Source: Nitrospirota bacterium (lineage in GTDB: Bacteria > Nitrospirota > Thermodesulfovibrionia > Thermodesulfovibrionales > SM23-35). From it: DNA of 64,000 bases. How positions within the stretch are numbered: the first letter of the stretch is position 1; the number at the start of each line of letters is the position of its first letter. Under the pieces are notes generated by a model. The model was given only the letters and a program-made list of their open reading frames with translations, searched no databases and was not told where the DNA came from. The translations under genes and the position numbers were made by a program. Where the stretch lies: NCBI GenBank assembly GCA_013388435.1, contig JACAFE010000030.1, positions 65,974 through 129,973 of the forward strand, given 5' to 3'. Below, one piece after another: positions 32,181 through 41,303 of this stretch.

Positions 32181-32204
32181 TTAATTGCATTATTTTGGTA
32201 AACT
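32181..32204 (+). repeat. Short repeat motif TTAATTGCATTATTTTGGTAAACT (copy 3 of 3)
   Basis: See 27146-27168. It lies in the convergent intergenic gap after the 946-aa gene. Confidence 0.4.
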
Positions 32205-32237
32205 AAAATTATCATTTTAAAAAATTATCAGGTAACC

Positions 32238-33494
32238 TTAAGTTGCTATGTTCTCTAAACGGTTGTAATTGACGCCTTTATCAGCGCCATCAATTCTGAA
32301 TATGGGGTCAAATTCAACAATCTGTGAAAGTTGCTCTAAATTAATATGATTATAGAAGACAGGCTTAATCAGGTTCTCATCATTTGAATAATAAATAAGA
32401 TATTTATGAAGGTTCTTATCTGATATAATCTGTTTTGAAATACGGGTGTTTTTATACAATCTAATGTAAGTATTTATATTTATACTCTCTGGCAACGGTC
32501 TTCTTATATTCTCAAGATGCTGTTTTATTTCCTGTTCTTTTTCATAAGGAAATCCGGTCAATAAATCTACTGCTACTTTAATTCCTGTTGACTTTGCGCT
32601 AAAAAGAAAACGCTCAATATCAGACCAGTACATATCGCATTTTTTATAAGTATCAACAGTCAAAGTAATAAGATACGCACCTGTTTCTTTCATAAGTTGA
32701 AAAAGCTTTTTATTAAAATTATCAGGTTTCATATAGGCTGTCCACTTTATATTTAAATTTTCCTGTTTCAATGCATTACAAAAATCAAGACAGTATTCAA
32801 GACTTTCATTAAACTCAGAATCGCATAAATGAAAATGAGAGCAGCCAATATTTATGAGTTCTTTAATCTCATTGATTACATCAGAAATTTCTTTAAAAAA
32901 AACCTTTGTATTTGCTTCAATACAGTAACAACATGAAGAACTACACCCTTTATGTGTCTCAAAACCAGCAATCCCACCTTTTTCAAGGTATTTATTATAG
33001 TTTATTCCTGAAATAATGCGATTAATTTTCAGGCCACTGGTGCATGTCCCATAAAAAATTTTATTGTTTGTATTGGAATTTATTTGTTCAAGAACATAAT
33101 TAATTGATCCCTCTGCAGGTCCAGAAATAATAAAATCTGAATCAAGGTATTCAAGTATATCCTTTGGGCAGGAAATTGTACCTGCTCCTCCGATTATTAC
33201 TTTCAAACCACAATTTTCTTTGATATGTTTAACAATATCCCTTATTTCATTAAGAAAAAATTCATTATTTAGAAAAAGAGCTGAATCAATATTTCTTACA
33301 GTTATACCAGTGATATCAGGCTTGAATAAGTCTATTGCATTATCTATTTCCTTGAAAATATTTTCTGAAAAACATAAATCAAGTATCTCTGCTTTATTCC
33401 CTGCTGAAATTAAAGCGCCTGCAATATATTCAAGTCCTATAGGAGGAACAGGTGGAAACATGTATCTATTTGGATTGATAAGCAGAACTTTCAC
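32238..33494 (-). CDS. B12-binding-domain radical SAM protein
   Basis: 418 aa. N-terminal cobalamin-binding-like Rossmann segment (VLLINPN...PPIGLEYIAGAL) and the radical SAM motif GCSSSCCYC (CxxxCxxC). Confidence 0.7.
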   Translation of the reverse strand: MKVLLINPNRYMFPPVPPIGLEYIAGALISAGNKAEILDLCFSENIFKEIDNAIDLFKPDITGITVRNIDSALFLNNEFFLNEIRDIVKHIKENCGLKVIIGGAGTISCPKDILEYLDSDFIISGPAEGSINYVLEQINSNTNNKIFYGTCTSGLKINRIISGINYNKYLEKGGIAGFETHKGCSSSCCYCIEANTKVFFKEISDVINEIKELINIGCSHFHLCDSEFNESLEYCLDFCNALKQENLNIKWTAYMKPDNFNKKLFQLMKETGAYLITLTVDTYKKCDMYWSDIERFLFSAKSTGIKVAVDLLTGFPYEKEQEIKQHLENIRRPLPESININTYIRLYKNTRISKQIISDKNLHKYLIYYSNDENLIKPVFYNHINLEQLSQIVEFDPIFRIDGADKGVNYNRLENIAT

Positions 33495-33497
33495 TTT

Positions 33498-35393
33498 TTA
33501 ATATCTGTCTTCAGTCCACATTTCAGGGGTAAATCTTACAACTTTGTTTCTTCCAGTTTCTTTTGCTTTATATAGTGCTACATCAGCAAATTTTATAGCT
33601 TCCCAGAAACTTTGAGTATCTTTTGGAATTTCGCTTACACCAATACTTATTGTTTTTGTAATTGTTGCTCCAGCTATAGAAATTTTGGTATTTTCCATAT
33701 TTGATTTTATTTTTTTTGCAATTTCAATAGATTTTTCAGGTTGAATATCTATAAGAAGAACCAGAAATTCTTCACCTCCAAATCTTATTACCAGGTCAGA
33801 ACTTCTTACGCTCTTTTTTATAATATCAGCTGTAATTTTGAGAACCTTATCTCCATTATCATGCCCGTATTTGTCATTTACTTCTTTAAAGAAATCAAGA
33901 TCGCACATTAAGAAGCCAAGTGTTGTGTTTCTTCTTTGAATCCCTGCAACTAAATTTTCAGAGGTTTCTTCAAGGAATCTTCTGTTGTATATATCTGTTA
34001 AACCATCCTTGATTGAAGTTTCTCTAAATGCTCTCATTACCCTTTTTGCTTCTAAAACGGGCTGAGCTTCACTTATATATTGCCTTGCTTTTAAAATTCT
34101 CTGTTTAACTTCGCTTGTAACAGCTTCGGATTTGTCTATAACTATTTGTACAACACCTCCAACCTTGCCTGAAATAAATATAGGATGACATAAATATATC
34201 TCATCTGGCTTTACATTTGCATATTTACAAATATCAGATTTTTCTTCAGATGATATTATATGACCTGTCCTCTTTGCTCTGCACAAATCACAGTTAAGCA
34301 CAATATCAACTTTACAATTTAATTCTGAAATATCTATATTTTCAGGGAAGACAGTTTTGAGTTTATTTTTGTATGTTGAAATTTCATGTATTATACATTT
34401 TGAAAATCCAAAATTAAGGGTTATTATTTCGCCCAGTCTTTTATAGACGTCTTCAACAGTTTCATCTTCTTCAATGAGTTTTTTAAAATTAGTCAAACCT
34501 TCAAGTTCTTCAATAAATTTATTATATTCTTGAGCAAGAATTCCAAGCTCATCACCTGATTTTATCGTAATTTCTTTTGCAAAATCCATTTTTGTGGTAA
34601 ATGCTCTAAAATTTGCTGCTATTGAGTTTATAGGCCTGACTAAGTTTATTGAAATAAGTATCCCAAAAACTATTGAAAGGATTGTTCCAATAAACATAGT
34701 CAGGATTATAAGAAAATAAGAAATTCTAACTCCTTTATTAATTGCATTTGAATTTAAGTTTCCTTCACGGGATAAATCAATGATATAGGCATCAAGCATT
34801 TGCAGGGATTTCTGAGTTAATGCATCATATTCAGAAATTTTCGATTTTAATAATGACGAATTTTTTAAATCACTATTTTTAGCGTTTGCAATATCTAAAA
34901 AAATTATTTTAAGTTTTTTTAAATTATTAATAATATCGTCTATTAGTTTTTTCTTTTCAGAGTCAGTTACTGGTTTTACATAAAATTCGTAAATTAAATT
35001 ATTTTCTTCTTCTGAGTATTCTTTGATAAATCCGCCTTTTTTTAATATGCTCAAATTTGTATAACATTCTTCAAGCAGATTTTTCCCTGTGTCAAAATTT
35101 ATGTGAATATCTTCGTGTTTATTTGAGAGAAGTAATTTATGCGCAGATATATTGGCGCGGGAAATTTTCCTTATAGAACTATTTAATAGTTTTTGATAAG
35201 GTTCGATATAATTTACCAATTCACCTGATTGTAAATTCAAATATAATAAAGAAATAAGTCCAATTACAGATGCAGCAACAATCCAGAAAAGCGTGCCCGC
35301 AGAAAAAAGTATAAACTTTTTCCTGATTGGAAGATTGGTGAAAGTAAGTACCTGCATTAAATTGTTAAAAAATAACTTAAATTTTTGTATCAT
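33498..35393 (-). CDS. Membrane sensor diguanylate cyclase (periplasmic sensor - HAMP - Cys-rich GAF-like - GGDEF)
   Basis: 631 aa. Two TM segments, a HAMP-like LVRPINSIAANF, GGDEF active site RFGGEEF and an RSSD I-site 5 residues upstream. Confidence 0.85.
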   Translation of the reverse strand: MIQKFKLFFNNLMQVLTFTNLPIRKKFILFSAGTLFWIVAASVIGLISLLYLNLQSGELVNYIEPYQKLLNSSIRKISRANISAHKLLLSNKHEDIHINFDTGKNLLEECYTNLSILKKGGFIKEYSEEENNLIYEFYVKPVTDSEKKKLIDDIINNLKKLKIIFLDIANAKNSDLKNSSLLKSKISEYDALTQKSLQMLDAYIIDLSREGNLNSNAINKGVRISYFLIILTMFIGTILSIVFGILISINLVRPINSIAANFRAFTTKMDFAKEITIKSGDELGILAQEYNKFIEELEGLTNFKKLIEEDETVEDVYKRLGEIITLNFGFSKCIIHEISTYKNKLKTVFPENIDISELNCKVDIVLNCDLCRAKRTGHIISSEEKSDICKYANVKPDEIYLCHPIFISGKVGGVVQIVIDKSEAVTSEVKQRILKARQYISEAQPVLEAKRVMRAFRETSIKDGLTDIYNRRFLEETSENLVAGIQRRNTTLGFLMCDLDFFKEVNDKYGHDNGDKVLKITADIIKKSVRSSDLVIRFGGEEFLVLLIDIQPEKSIEIAKKIKSNMENTKISIAGATITKTISIGVSEIPKDTQSFWEAIKFADVALYKAKETGRNKVVRFTPEMWTEDRY

Positions 35394-35518
35394 TATTTTT
35401 TATATTCAAAAACTAAATGTTTATATTATAAAGACTTTAATATAATTAATAAAATATCATGCTAAAATACCTGCTTTCTTCAGCCTGTTAACGACGGGGC
35501 AAATAAATTTTACAACAA

Positions 35519-37513
35519 TCAGAATTTGTTTCTTATTCCCGTTTCAATTATCCTGTTTTTAATTGTCTTTATCCTGTCTCTTATTTCAGCGGCACGCTCA
35601 AAATCAAGATTTTTGGCAGCTTTTTTCATCTCTGATTCAAGCTTTTTTATATCCTTTTCATCATAGCTGTAACCTTCAATTTCCTCTGCAATTTTTGGAA
35701 CCGTCCAATAATCAGATTCATATATTGAACTGAGAATATCTTTAATATTTGATTTAACAGTCTCTGGTGTAATTCCCATTTTTTTGTTGTATTCTTCCTG
35801 AATTTTTCTTCTCCTTTTTGTTTCATCAAGAGCGCGTTGCATTGAACCTGTTATTGTATCCGCATATAAAATTACCTCTCCATTAATATTTCGGGCTGCA
35901 CGTCCGGCTGTCTGGATTAAAGAGCGTTCAGATCTGAGAAAACCTTCCTTATCAGCATCGAGTATAGCAACGAGTGAGACTTCCGGTAGATCAAGTCCTT
36001 CACGTAAAAGATTAACACCAATAAGAACATCAAAAACTCCGAGCCTCAAATCTCTTATTATTTCTACCCGTTCAAGCGTGTCTATATCAGAATGAAGATA
36101 ACGCGCTTTAATATTTAGATTAGAATAATAATCTGTAAGGTCTTCAGCCATTTTCTTAGTTAATGTTGTAACCAGTGTTCTTTCATTTCTAAGTGCCCGC
36201 TTTTTTATTTCAGCGAGCAGATCATCAACCTGTCCGGCTACAGGTCTTACAAAAAGTTTGGGATCAAGAAGACCTGTGGGTCTGATAATTTGTTCAATAA
36301 CTCGTCCTTGTGATTTTTTAATTTCATAGTCTCCAGGTGTTGCAGATACATATATTACCTGTTTCACCCTATCTTCAAACTCTTCAAATTTAAGAGGCCT
36401 ATTATCAAGAGCAGAAGGAAGTCTAAAACCAAAATCAATAAGATTTTGTTTTCTTGACTTATCACCTTCATACATTCCTCCTAATTGAGGAATTGTTGCA
36501 TGTGATTCATCTATTATTATTAAAAAATCTTCGGGAAAGTAATCTATCAAAGTATAAGGAGGTTGTCCGGGCATCCTTCCGCTTAAATGCCTTGAATAAT
36601 TCTCTATCCCATGACAGAAATTAAATTCTTTTAGCATTTCAAGATCATAAAGGGTTCTCTGTTCAATCCTTTGAGCCTCTATTTTTTTACCTTCCTTCAA
36701 AAAATATTCAATACGTTCTTTCAACTCTTCCTCAATTTTTTTCAAGGCAACTTCAAGACGTTCTTTTGGTGTAATCCAGTGGCTGTTGGGAAATATCGCT
36801 ACTTTATTTTTTCTTTGAATTTTCTTTCCGGTAAGAGGATCGAACTCAACTATTGAATCAATATAGTCTCCAAAAAAATCGACTCTTACGGCTTTTTCAT
36901 TCGATAAAGATGGAACTATTTCAACAATATCCCCGCGAACCCTGAAGATACCCCTTTTAAATTCGCTTTCAGAACGCATATATTGTATTTCAACGAGTCT
37001 GTGAAGTATGTCATCTCTTTTGACTTTCATTCCTTCTTCAAGAACAAGGTGCATATTCATATAATCCTGCGGAGAACCTATGCCATATATGCAGGACACT
37101 GAAGCAATAACAACTGTATCTCTTCTTTCCAAAACCGAGGTTGTTGCAGAATGTCTCATCCTGTCAATATCATCATTTATCAGAGCATCCTTTTCTATAT
37201 ATGTATCTGTTGAAGGTATATAGGCTTCAGGCTGGTAATAATCATAATAACTCACGAAAAATTCTACAGCATTATCAGGGAAAAGCTCTTTGAATTCTCC
37301 ATAGAGCTGTGCAGCAAGAGTTTTGTTGTGAGCTATAATTAAAGCAGGCTTATTTACATTTGCAATCACATTTGCGATTGTAAATGTTTTGCCTGAACCA
37401 GTTACACCAAGTAATGTCTGGTGTTTGATTCCTTTTTCAATGCCTTTTGAAAGCTCGTTGATAGCTTTTGGCTGGTCACCTTTTGGTTTGAAATAAGTTG
37501 CAAGTCTGAAAAT
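35519..37513 (-). CDS. uvrB: Excinuclease ABC subunit B
   Basis: Tracked ORF (35519-37369) plus an in-frame upstream extension encoding [49 protein letters not shown] (the conserved UvrB N-terminus with Walker A). The only plausible start is ATT at 37513-37511, 7 nt after GGAGG. The C-terminal UVR domain is present. Confidence 0.9.
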   Translation of the reverse strand: MFRLATYFKPKGDQPKAINELSKGIEKGIKHQTLLGVTGSGKTFTIANVIANVNKPALIIAHNKTLAAQLYGEFKELFPDNAVEFFVSYYDYYQPEAYIPSTDTYIEKDALINDDIDRMRHSATTSVLERRDTVVIASVSCIYGIGSPQDYMNMHLVLEEGMKVKRDDILHRLVEIQYMRSESEFKRGIFRVRGDIVEIVPSLSNEKAVRVDFFGDYIDSIVEFDPLTGKKIQRKNKVAIFPNSHWITPKERLEVALKKIEEELKERIEYFLKEGKKIEAQRIEQRTLYDLEMLKEFNFCHGIENYSRHLSGRMPGQPPYTLIDYFPEDFLIIIDESHATIPQLGGMYEGDKSRKQNLIDFGFRLPSALDNRPLKFEEFEDRVKQVIYVSATPGDYEIKKSQGRVIEQIIRPTGLLDPKLFVRPVAGQVDDLLAEIKKRALRNERTLVTTLTKKMAEDLTDYYSNLNIKARYLHSDIDTLERVEIIRDLRLGVFDVLIGVNLLREGLDLPEVSLVAILDADKEGFLRSERSLIQTAGRAARNINGEVILYADTITGSMQRALDETKRRRKIQEEYNKKMGITPETVKSNIKDILSSIYESDYWTVPKIAEEIEGYSYDEKDIKKLESEMKKAAKNLDFERAAEIRDRIKTIKNRIIETGIRNKF

Positions 37514-37515
37514 AT

Positions 37516-38319
37516 TTACACCTCCTCGTCAGAAAAAATATCTCTTAATTTTTCATATCTATTTCCAAATTTGTTCTGCAATTGATTATCAAATCTCCTG
37601 ATGATCTTCATCATATAAATATCATGTTTGATAAATTCTTCTGCTATCAAAATAAATCCTCTATTTTTACTCCATGTTCCCTCAACATTCCCGAATTTTA
37701 AAATAGTACCTGTAATAGCTTCTCTGGAATCAGAAACAACAGTCAAAAATCTATTCTTTTTTTCTTTATGTAATGAATCATCAACAGGATGCGGGTAAAT
37801 TTTACCTATTTTCGGACCTGTGTTGCCAAAATGCAATATAGCAATTCTTACACCTCTTTTTTCAGCTCCTCTAATTGAATCTTCAAGACTGAGAAATTCC
37901 TCTTTCCAGATCGATATAAGCAGGGTATGAGTCGCCTTGTCAATCAAAGTTTTTGCTTTTTCTATTAAAAGATCATAGTCAATAATACTCCACGTTGTAA
38001 TATCTTCAGACCCATGAAGAAAATCAGATAGACTTTTTTCAATATTCTTTAAAGATGTCTCAAGCCTGTCTTTCTGTTTGTTTATAAAGTCATTTAATCC
38101 TATTGGAATATATCTTTGTTTATTTTTATCTGCTATAACATTAACAAGCCCGTTTAAAATTAATTTTTTTACAACTTCATATATTTTTGATGTTGGAATT
38201 CCTGAAGCTTTTGCAAGCTCATAGGCAGTACAGGGATAATCCTTAAGAAGCGCAAGATATGCCCTTGCCTCATATTCTGAAAGTCCCAGTGAAACAAATT
38301 GAGAAACTGTATTTTTCAT
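37516..38319 (-). CDS. TrmB family transcriptional regulator
   Basis: 267 aa. N-terminal w[46 protein letters not shown] plus a TrmB-type C-terminal domain. Confidence 0.8.
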   Translation of the reverse strand: MKNTVSQFVSLGLSEYEARAYLALLKDYPCTAYELAKASGIPTSKIYEVVKKLILNGLVNVIADKNKQRYIPIGLNDFINKQKDRLETSLKNIEKSLSDFLHGSEDITTWSIIDYDLLIEKAKTLIDKATHTLLISIWKEEFLSLEDSIRGAEKRGVRIAILHFGNTGPKIGKIYPHPVDDSLHKEKKNRFLTVVSDSREAITGTILKFGNVEGTWSKNRGFILIAEEFIKHDIYMMKIIRRFDNQLQNKFGNRYEKLRDIFSDEEV

Positions 38320-38489
38320 ATATAACTACCAGAGTAGTTAATAATATATTAAAATTTAATAACTGTCAACCCATTTAAAATAGCCTTTTTACCTTGAAAT
38401 TAGTAATTTCATTTATTAAGGGTGCTTTATCAAGCATTGAAAATTAAGTAAAAAATCATTTATGTACTACTGGTAAAAATCATAATCCG

Positions 38490-38769
38490 TTAATTTTTTA
38501 CCTCTACCAGTTTCCCACTTACAAATTTATGAATTATGCTGGAAACATAAGTCTGATAAGGCAATCCCTTGCTTATTGCCTTTTTCTGCAATTCAGTCAG
38601 GTCTCTTTCGGAAATTCTTAAGTTTAGTCTTCTGTCTTTCTTTAACGCATTTCTTGCATACCTCATAAGTTCAGACTTTTCTTTTTGAAAGGTTTTTAAC
38701 AGAAACCCATTCACCTTTTTCAAAACTGTTCAATATTTCTTGTTCTTATTTAGTTAATTTAGCTTTCAT
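38490..38769 (-). pseudogene. Decayed CopG/BrnA-like antitoxin gene (in-frame TAA plus a frameshift)
   Basis: ATG at 38769 gives MKAKLTK, then TAA (38748-38746). The frame continues EQEILNSFEKGEWVSVKN and must shift by one nt near 38690-38700 (A-runs) to join ...QKEKSELMRYARNALKKDRRLNLRISERDLTELQKKAISKGLPYQTYVSSIIHKFVSGKL. That is the conserved body of this antitoxin family. Confidence 0.6.
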
Positions 38770-38843
38770 TTTTCTCCTCCTGAATAAATTTTTGTTGTCT
38801 TTCTTCCTAAATAATGGTTTTTAGGAATATTTCTTCCATACAA

Positions 38844-39170
38844 ACGGGGTTAGGAGGTTGTTATTTGCCTTTGTTGTTGCGCCATGCTTTTTGCGCCATA
38901 CGCTCTCTAATTCCACTATTGAAAGGGGTGGCACGAAGTGACGGGGTGTGCCCCCTCTTGAGAATGCTGCAGGATGTGTAAGCCCTGTCATTTGCGCCGT
39001 TGCCGTTTGCCGTTATCTTTTTCTCCTTTTTTGATAAACGCAATAACGCTATAAACTTTACAAGGGGGCTTAAGGGGTTGTATGTATATTCCTTTGTCAT
39101 GTTGTTGTTTTTCTTATACTTCAATCTTCAGCCTTTTTATGAGATATGTCTGCATTATCTTTGGTTAAAT
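38844..39170 (+). repeat. Intergenic repeat element, copy A (MITE-like, non-coding)
   Basis: Shares with 56155-56366: ggag[g/a]ttgttatttgcctttgttgtt (26 nt, 1 mismatch), aacgcaataa(a)cgctataaac, cttcagccttttt(t)atgag[a/t]tatg, tctgcatta and ttgg(g)ttaa. The order and orientation are the same in both copies. Confidence 0.7.
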
Positions 39171-39243
39171 CTTAAAAAAAACTTTTGTATATATACTATT
39201 TAAGTTATATAAACAAATGTTTTATAATTTACAAAGGTAAACA

Positions 39244-39921
39244 ATGATTCCATATAAAGATGATAACCCTACTTCAATTACGCCATACGTAACGATAGGA
39301 ATTATTATCATTAATATCTGTGTTTTTATATTGCAGGTTTTTTCTCAATCAGGAATGAGAGATATAACATTTTCATATGGCGCTATCCCGCATTCACTTT
39401 TAACATTCGAAAAAATTCAGCCCATTCATCCTGTTATGACAGTTTTCACATCAATGTTTATGCATGGAGGCTTGTTTCATCTTGCTGGTAATATGCTTTA
39501 TCTATGGATATTTGGTAATAATATAGAAGATCAACTTGGTCACTATCGTTTTATTGTTTTTTATCTTTTTTGCGGCATTGTAGCTGCATATTCATATGCA
39601 TTTACAAATTCTAATTCTGTTATTCCTATGGTTGGAGCAAGCGGTGCTATATCAGGCGTTCTCGGAGCGTACATGCTACTTTTCCCAAGAGCAAACATTC
39701 ATACATTCATTTTTTTTGGATTTTTTGTCACCACTGTAAAAATTCCAGCCTTGATAGTTATTGGATTTTGGGCTATTATACAATTCATTAATGGTATGAT
39801 AAGTTCTAACATTGAAGGAGCATCTGGCGGGGTTGCCTGGTTTGCGCATATTGGAGGGTTTCTTATTGGACTTTTAACTATAAAATTCTGGATTCCAAGG
39901 AGGAAAAGGCTGTGGTTGTAA
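39244..39921 (+). CDS. Rhomboid family intramembrane serine protease
   Basis: 225 aa with six TM segments. Catalytic GASGAISG (Ser) and HIGGFLIG (His) motifs, plus the HGG..HL..N motif. Confidence 0.9.
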   Translation: MIPYKDDNPTSITPYVTIGIIIINICVFILQVFSQSGMRDITFSYGAIPHSLLTFEKIQPIHPVMTVFTSMFMHGGLFHLAGNMLYLWIFGNNIEDQLGHYRFIVFYLFCGIVAAYSYAFTNSNSVIPMVGASGAISGVLGAYMLLFPRANIHTFIFFGFFVTTVKIPALIVIGFWAIIQFINGMISSNIEGASGGVAWFAHIGGFLIGLLTIKFWIPRRKRLWL

Positions 39922-40796
39922 TATGTCCAAAATGTAAAATAAAATTAAAGATTGAAGATTCTAAACTAACAGAAAAAGGAACAAGATTTAAATGTCCTAA
40001 ATGCAGTACAACTCTTCTGGTAAAAAAACCAATTACACAAGCGGCTAAGCCTGTTGATAATCTAAAAATTCTGGTTGCTCATTCGAATCAATCAATAATT
40101 AGCATTATTGAATCAATTCTAAAAGCCGAAGGATACAGGATAATAACTGCTAATGACGGAATAGAAGCTATGGTAAAAGCAGTTAAAGAAATGCCTTTTC
40201 TTCTTATACTTGAAGTCAGTCTGCCAAAAATATTTGGATTTGAAGTTTGTAAAAGATTAAGATTAAGACCTGAAACTAAAAATATGAAATATATCCTTGT
40301 AAGTTCAGTTCATGATGATAAAAGATATAGGAGACAACCTGAATCTCTCTATGAAGCTGATGATTATATAGAAGAACATAACTTACAGGAACTCCTTCTT
40401 GATTCAGTAAAAAAACTAAGAGGCTACGTAAAAGAACCCGGGAAAAAGGAAACTATAACTGAAAAACCCGCTAACATACCTGCAGAAGAAAAAATTAAAG
40501 TAGAGCATAAACCTGAAACAATTTTAGAGCAGAAACAAGTTCAGCCTCAGCTATCAGAAATGGCTGAGAGAGCAAAAAGACTTGCAAGAGCAATTGTTTC
40601 GGACATTTATCTTTATAATACTCCAAAAGCTGAAGAGGCTATAAAAAATAATACATTTTTCTCTGTTTTTGCAGCTGAGTTACGCGAAGGACAAAAGCTC
40701 TATGATAATCGTATCCCGCAGGAAGTAAGGATTCAAAAAGACTTTTTTAAAGAAACAATCGAGGAATTTATCGAAAATAAAAAGAAAAACTTATAA
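39912..40796 (+). CDS. MJ0042-type zinc-ribbon protein with a degenerate receiver (pseudo-REC) domain
   Basis: 294 aa. CPKC-x17-CPKC zinc ribbon. The REC-like fold has the phospho-acceptor position as Glu (LLILEVSLP) and the acidic pocket replaced (VAHSN). Conserved C-terminal RLARAIVSDIYLYN... helix region. GTG start overlaps the rhomboid gene. Confidence 0.6.
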   Translation: MVVICPKCKIKLKIEDSKLTEKGTRFKCPKCSTTLLVKKPITQAAKPVDNLKILVAHSNQSIISIIESILKAEGYRIITANDGIEAMVKAVKEMPFLLILEVSLPKIFGFEVCKRLRLRPETKNMKYILVSSVHDDKRYRRQPESLYEADDYIEEHNLQELLLDSVKKLRGYVKEPGKKETITEKPANIPAEEKIKVEHKPETILEQKQVQPQLSEMAERAKRLARAIVSDIYLYNTPKAEEAIKNNTFFSVFAAELREGQKLYDNRIPQEVRIQKDFFKETIEEFIENKKKNL

Positions 40797-40911
40797 TTTC
40801 TTAAAATATTCAGAAAATAAAAGAAATTATTAGAAAAATAGAAATATTCTTTAATATTATTCGTTATTACCTTTTATAACGCCTTGCCTTAATAACCCTT
40901 TTCTTATTATA

Positions 40912-40938
40912 TTAGCACTCATCAAGAGTGAGTGCTAA
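40912..40938 (+). promoter_or_regulatory. CIRCE operator (HrcA binding site) upstream of groES
   Basis: Perfect TTAGCACTC-N9-GAGTGCTAA inverted repeat, 46 nt upstream of the groES start. Confidence 0.9.
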
Positions 40939-40983
40939 TAAAACAAACCAAATTCTTAAATAAAATGAAAGGAGAAGAGTCAT

Positions 40984-41271
40984 ATGAAGTTCAAACCATT
41001 AAGAGACAGAGTTTTTGTAAAATTCTCAAATGAGGAGGAAAGAACCGCAGGAGGTATTTACATACCTGATTCTGCAAAAGAGAAACCTCAAAAAGGCGTT
41101 GTAATCGCAGTTGGACCTGGCAGAGTAACAGATGATGGAAAACGCCAGGCAATGGAAGTAAAAGTAGGTGACACAGTTCTGTTTGATAAATATTCTGGCT
41201 CAAAAATCAAAATGGATGACGAAGAATATCTAATCATAAGAGAAGAAGACATACTCGGCATTGTTGAATAA
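40984..41271 (+). CDS. groES: Co-chaperonin GroES
   Basis: 95 aa with the full-length Cpn10 pattern (KPLRDRV...[19 protein letters not shown]). Confidence 0.95.
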   Translation: MKFKPLRDRVFVKFSNEEERTAGGIYIPDSAKEKPQKGVVIAVGPGRVTDDGKRQAMEVKVGDTVLFDKYSGSKIKMDDEEYLIIREEDILGIVE

Positions 41272-41303
41272 GAAATTTAAAAAAATTAAAGGAGGATACA
41301 TTA

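Noticed and set aside
38861-39203. ORFs of 87 aa (-) and 67 aa (+) inside repeat copy A, and 56049-56278 inside copy B
   Set aside because: They sit within the non-coding repeat family. The reading frames are not conserved between the two copies, and they lack convincing RBS or start context.
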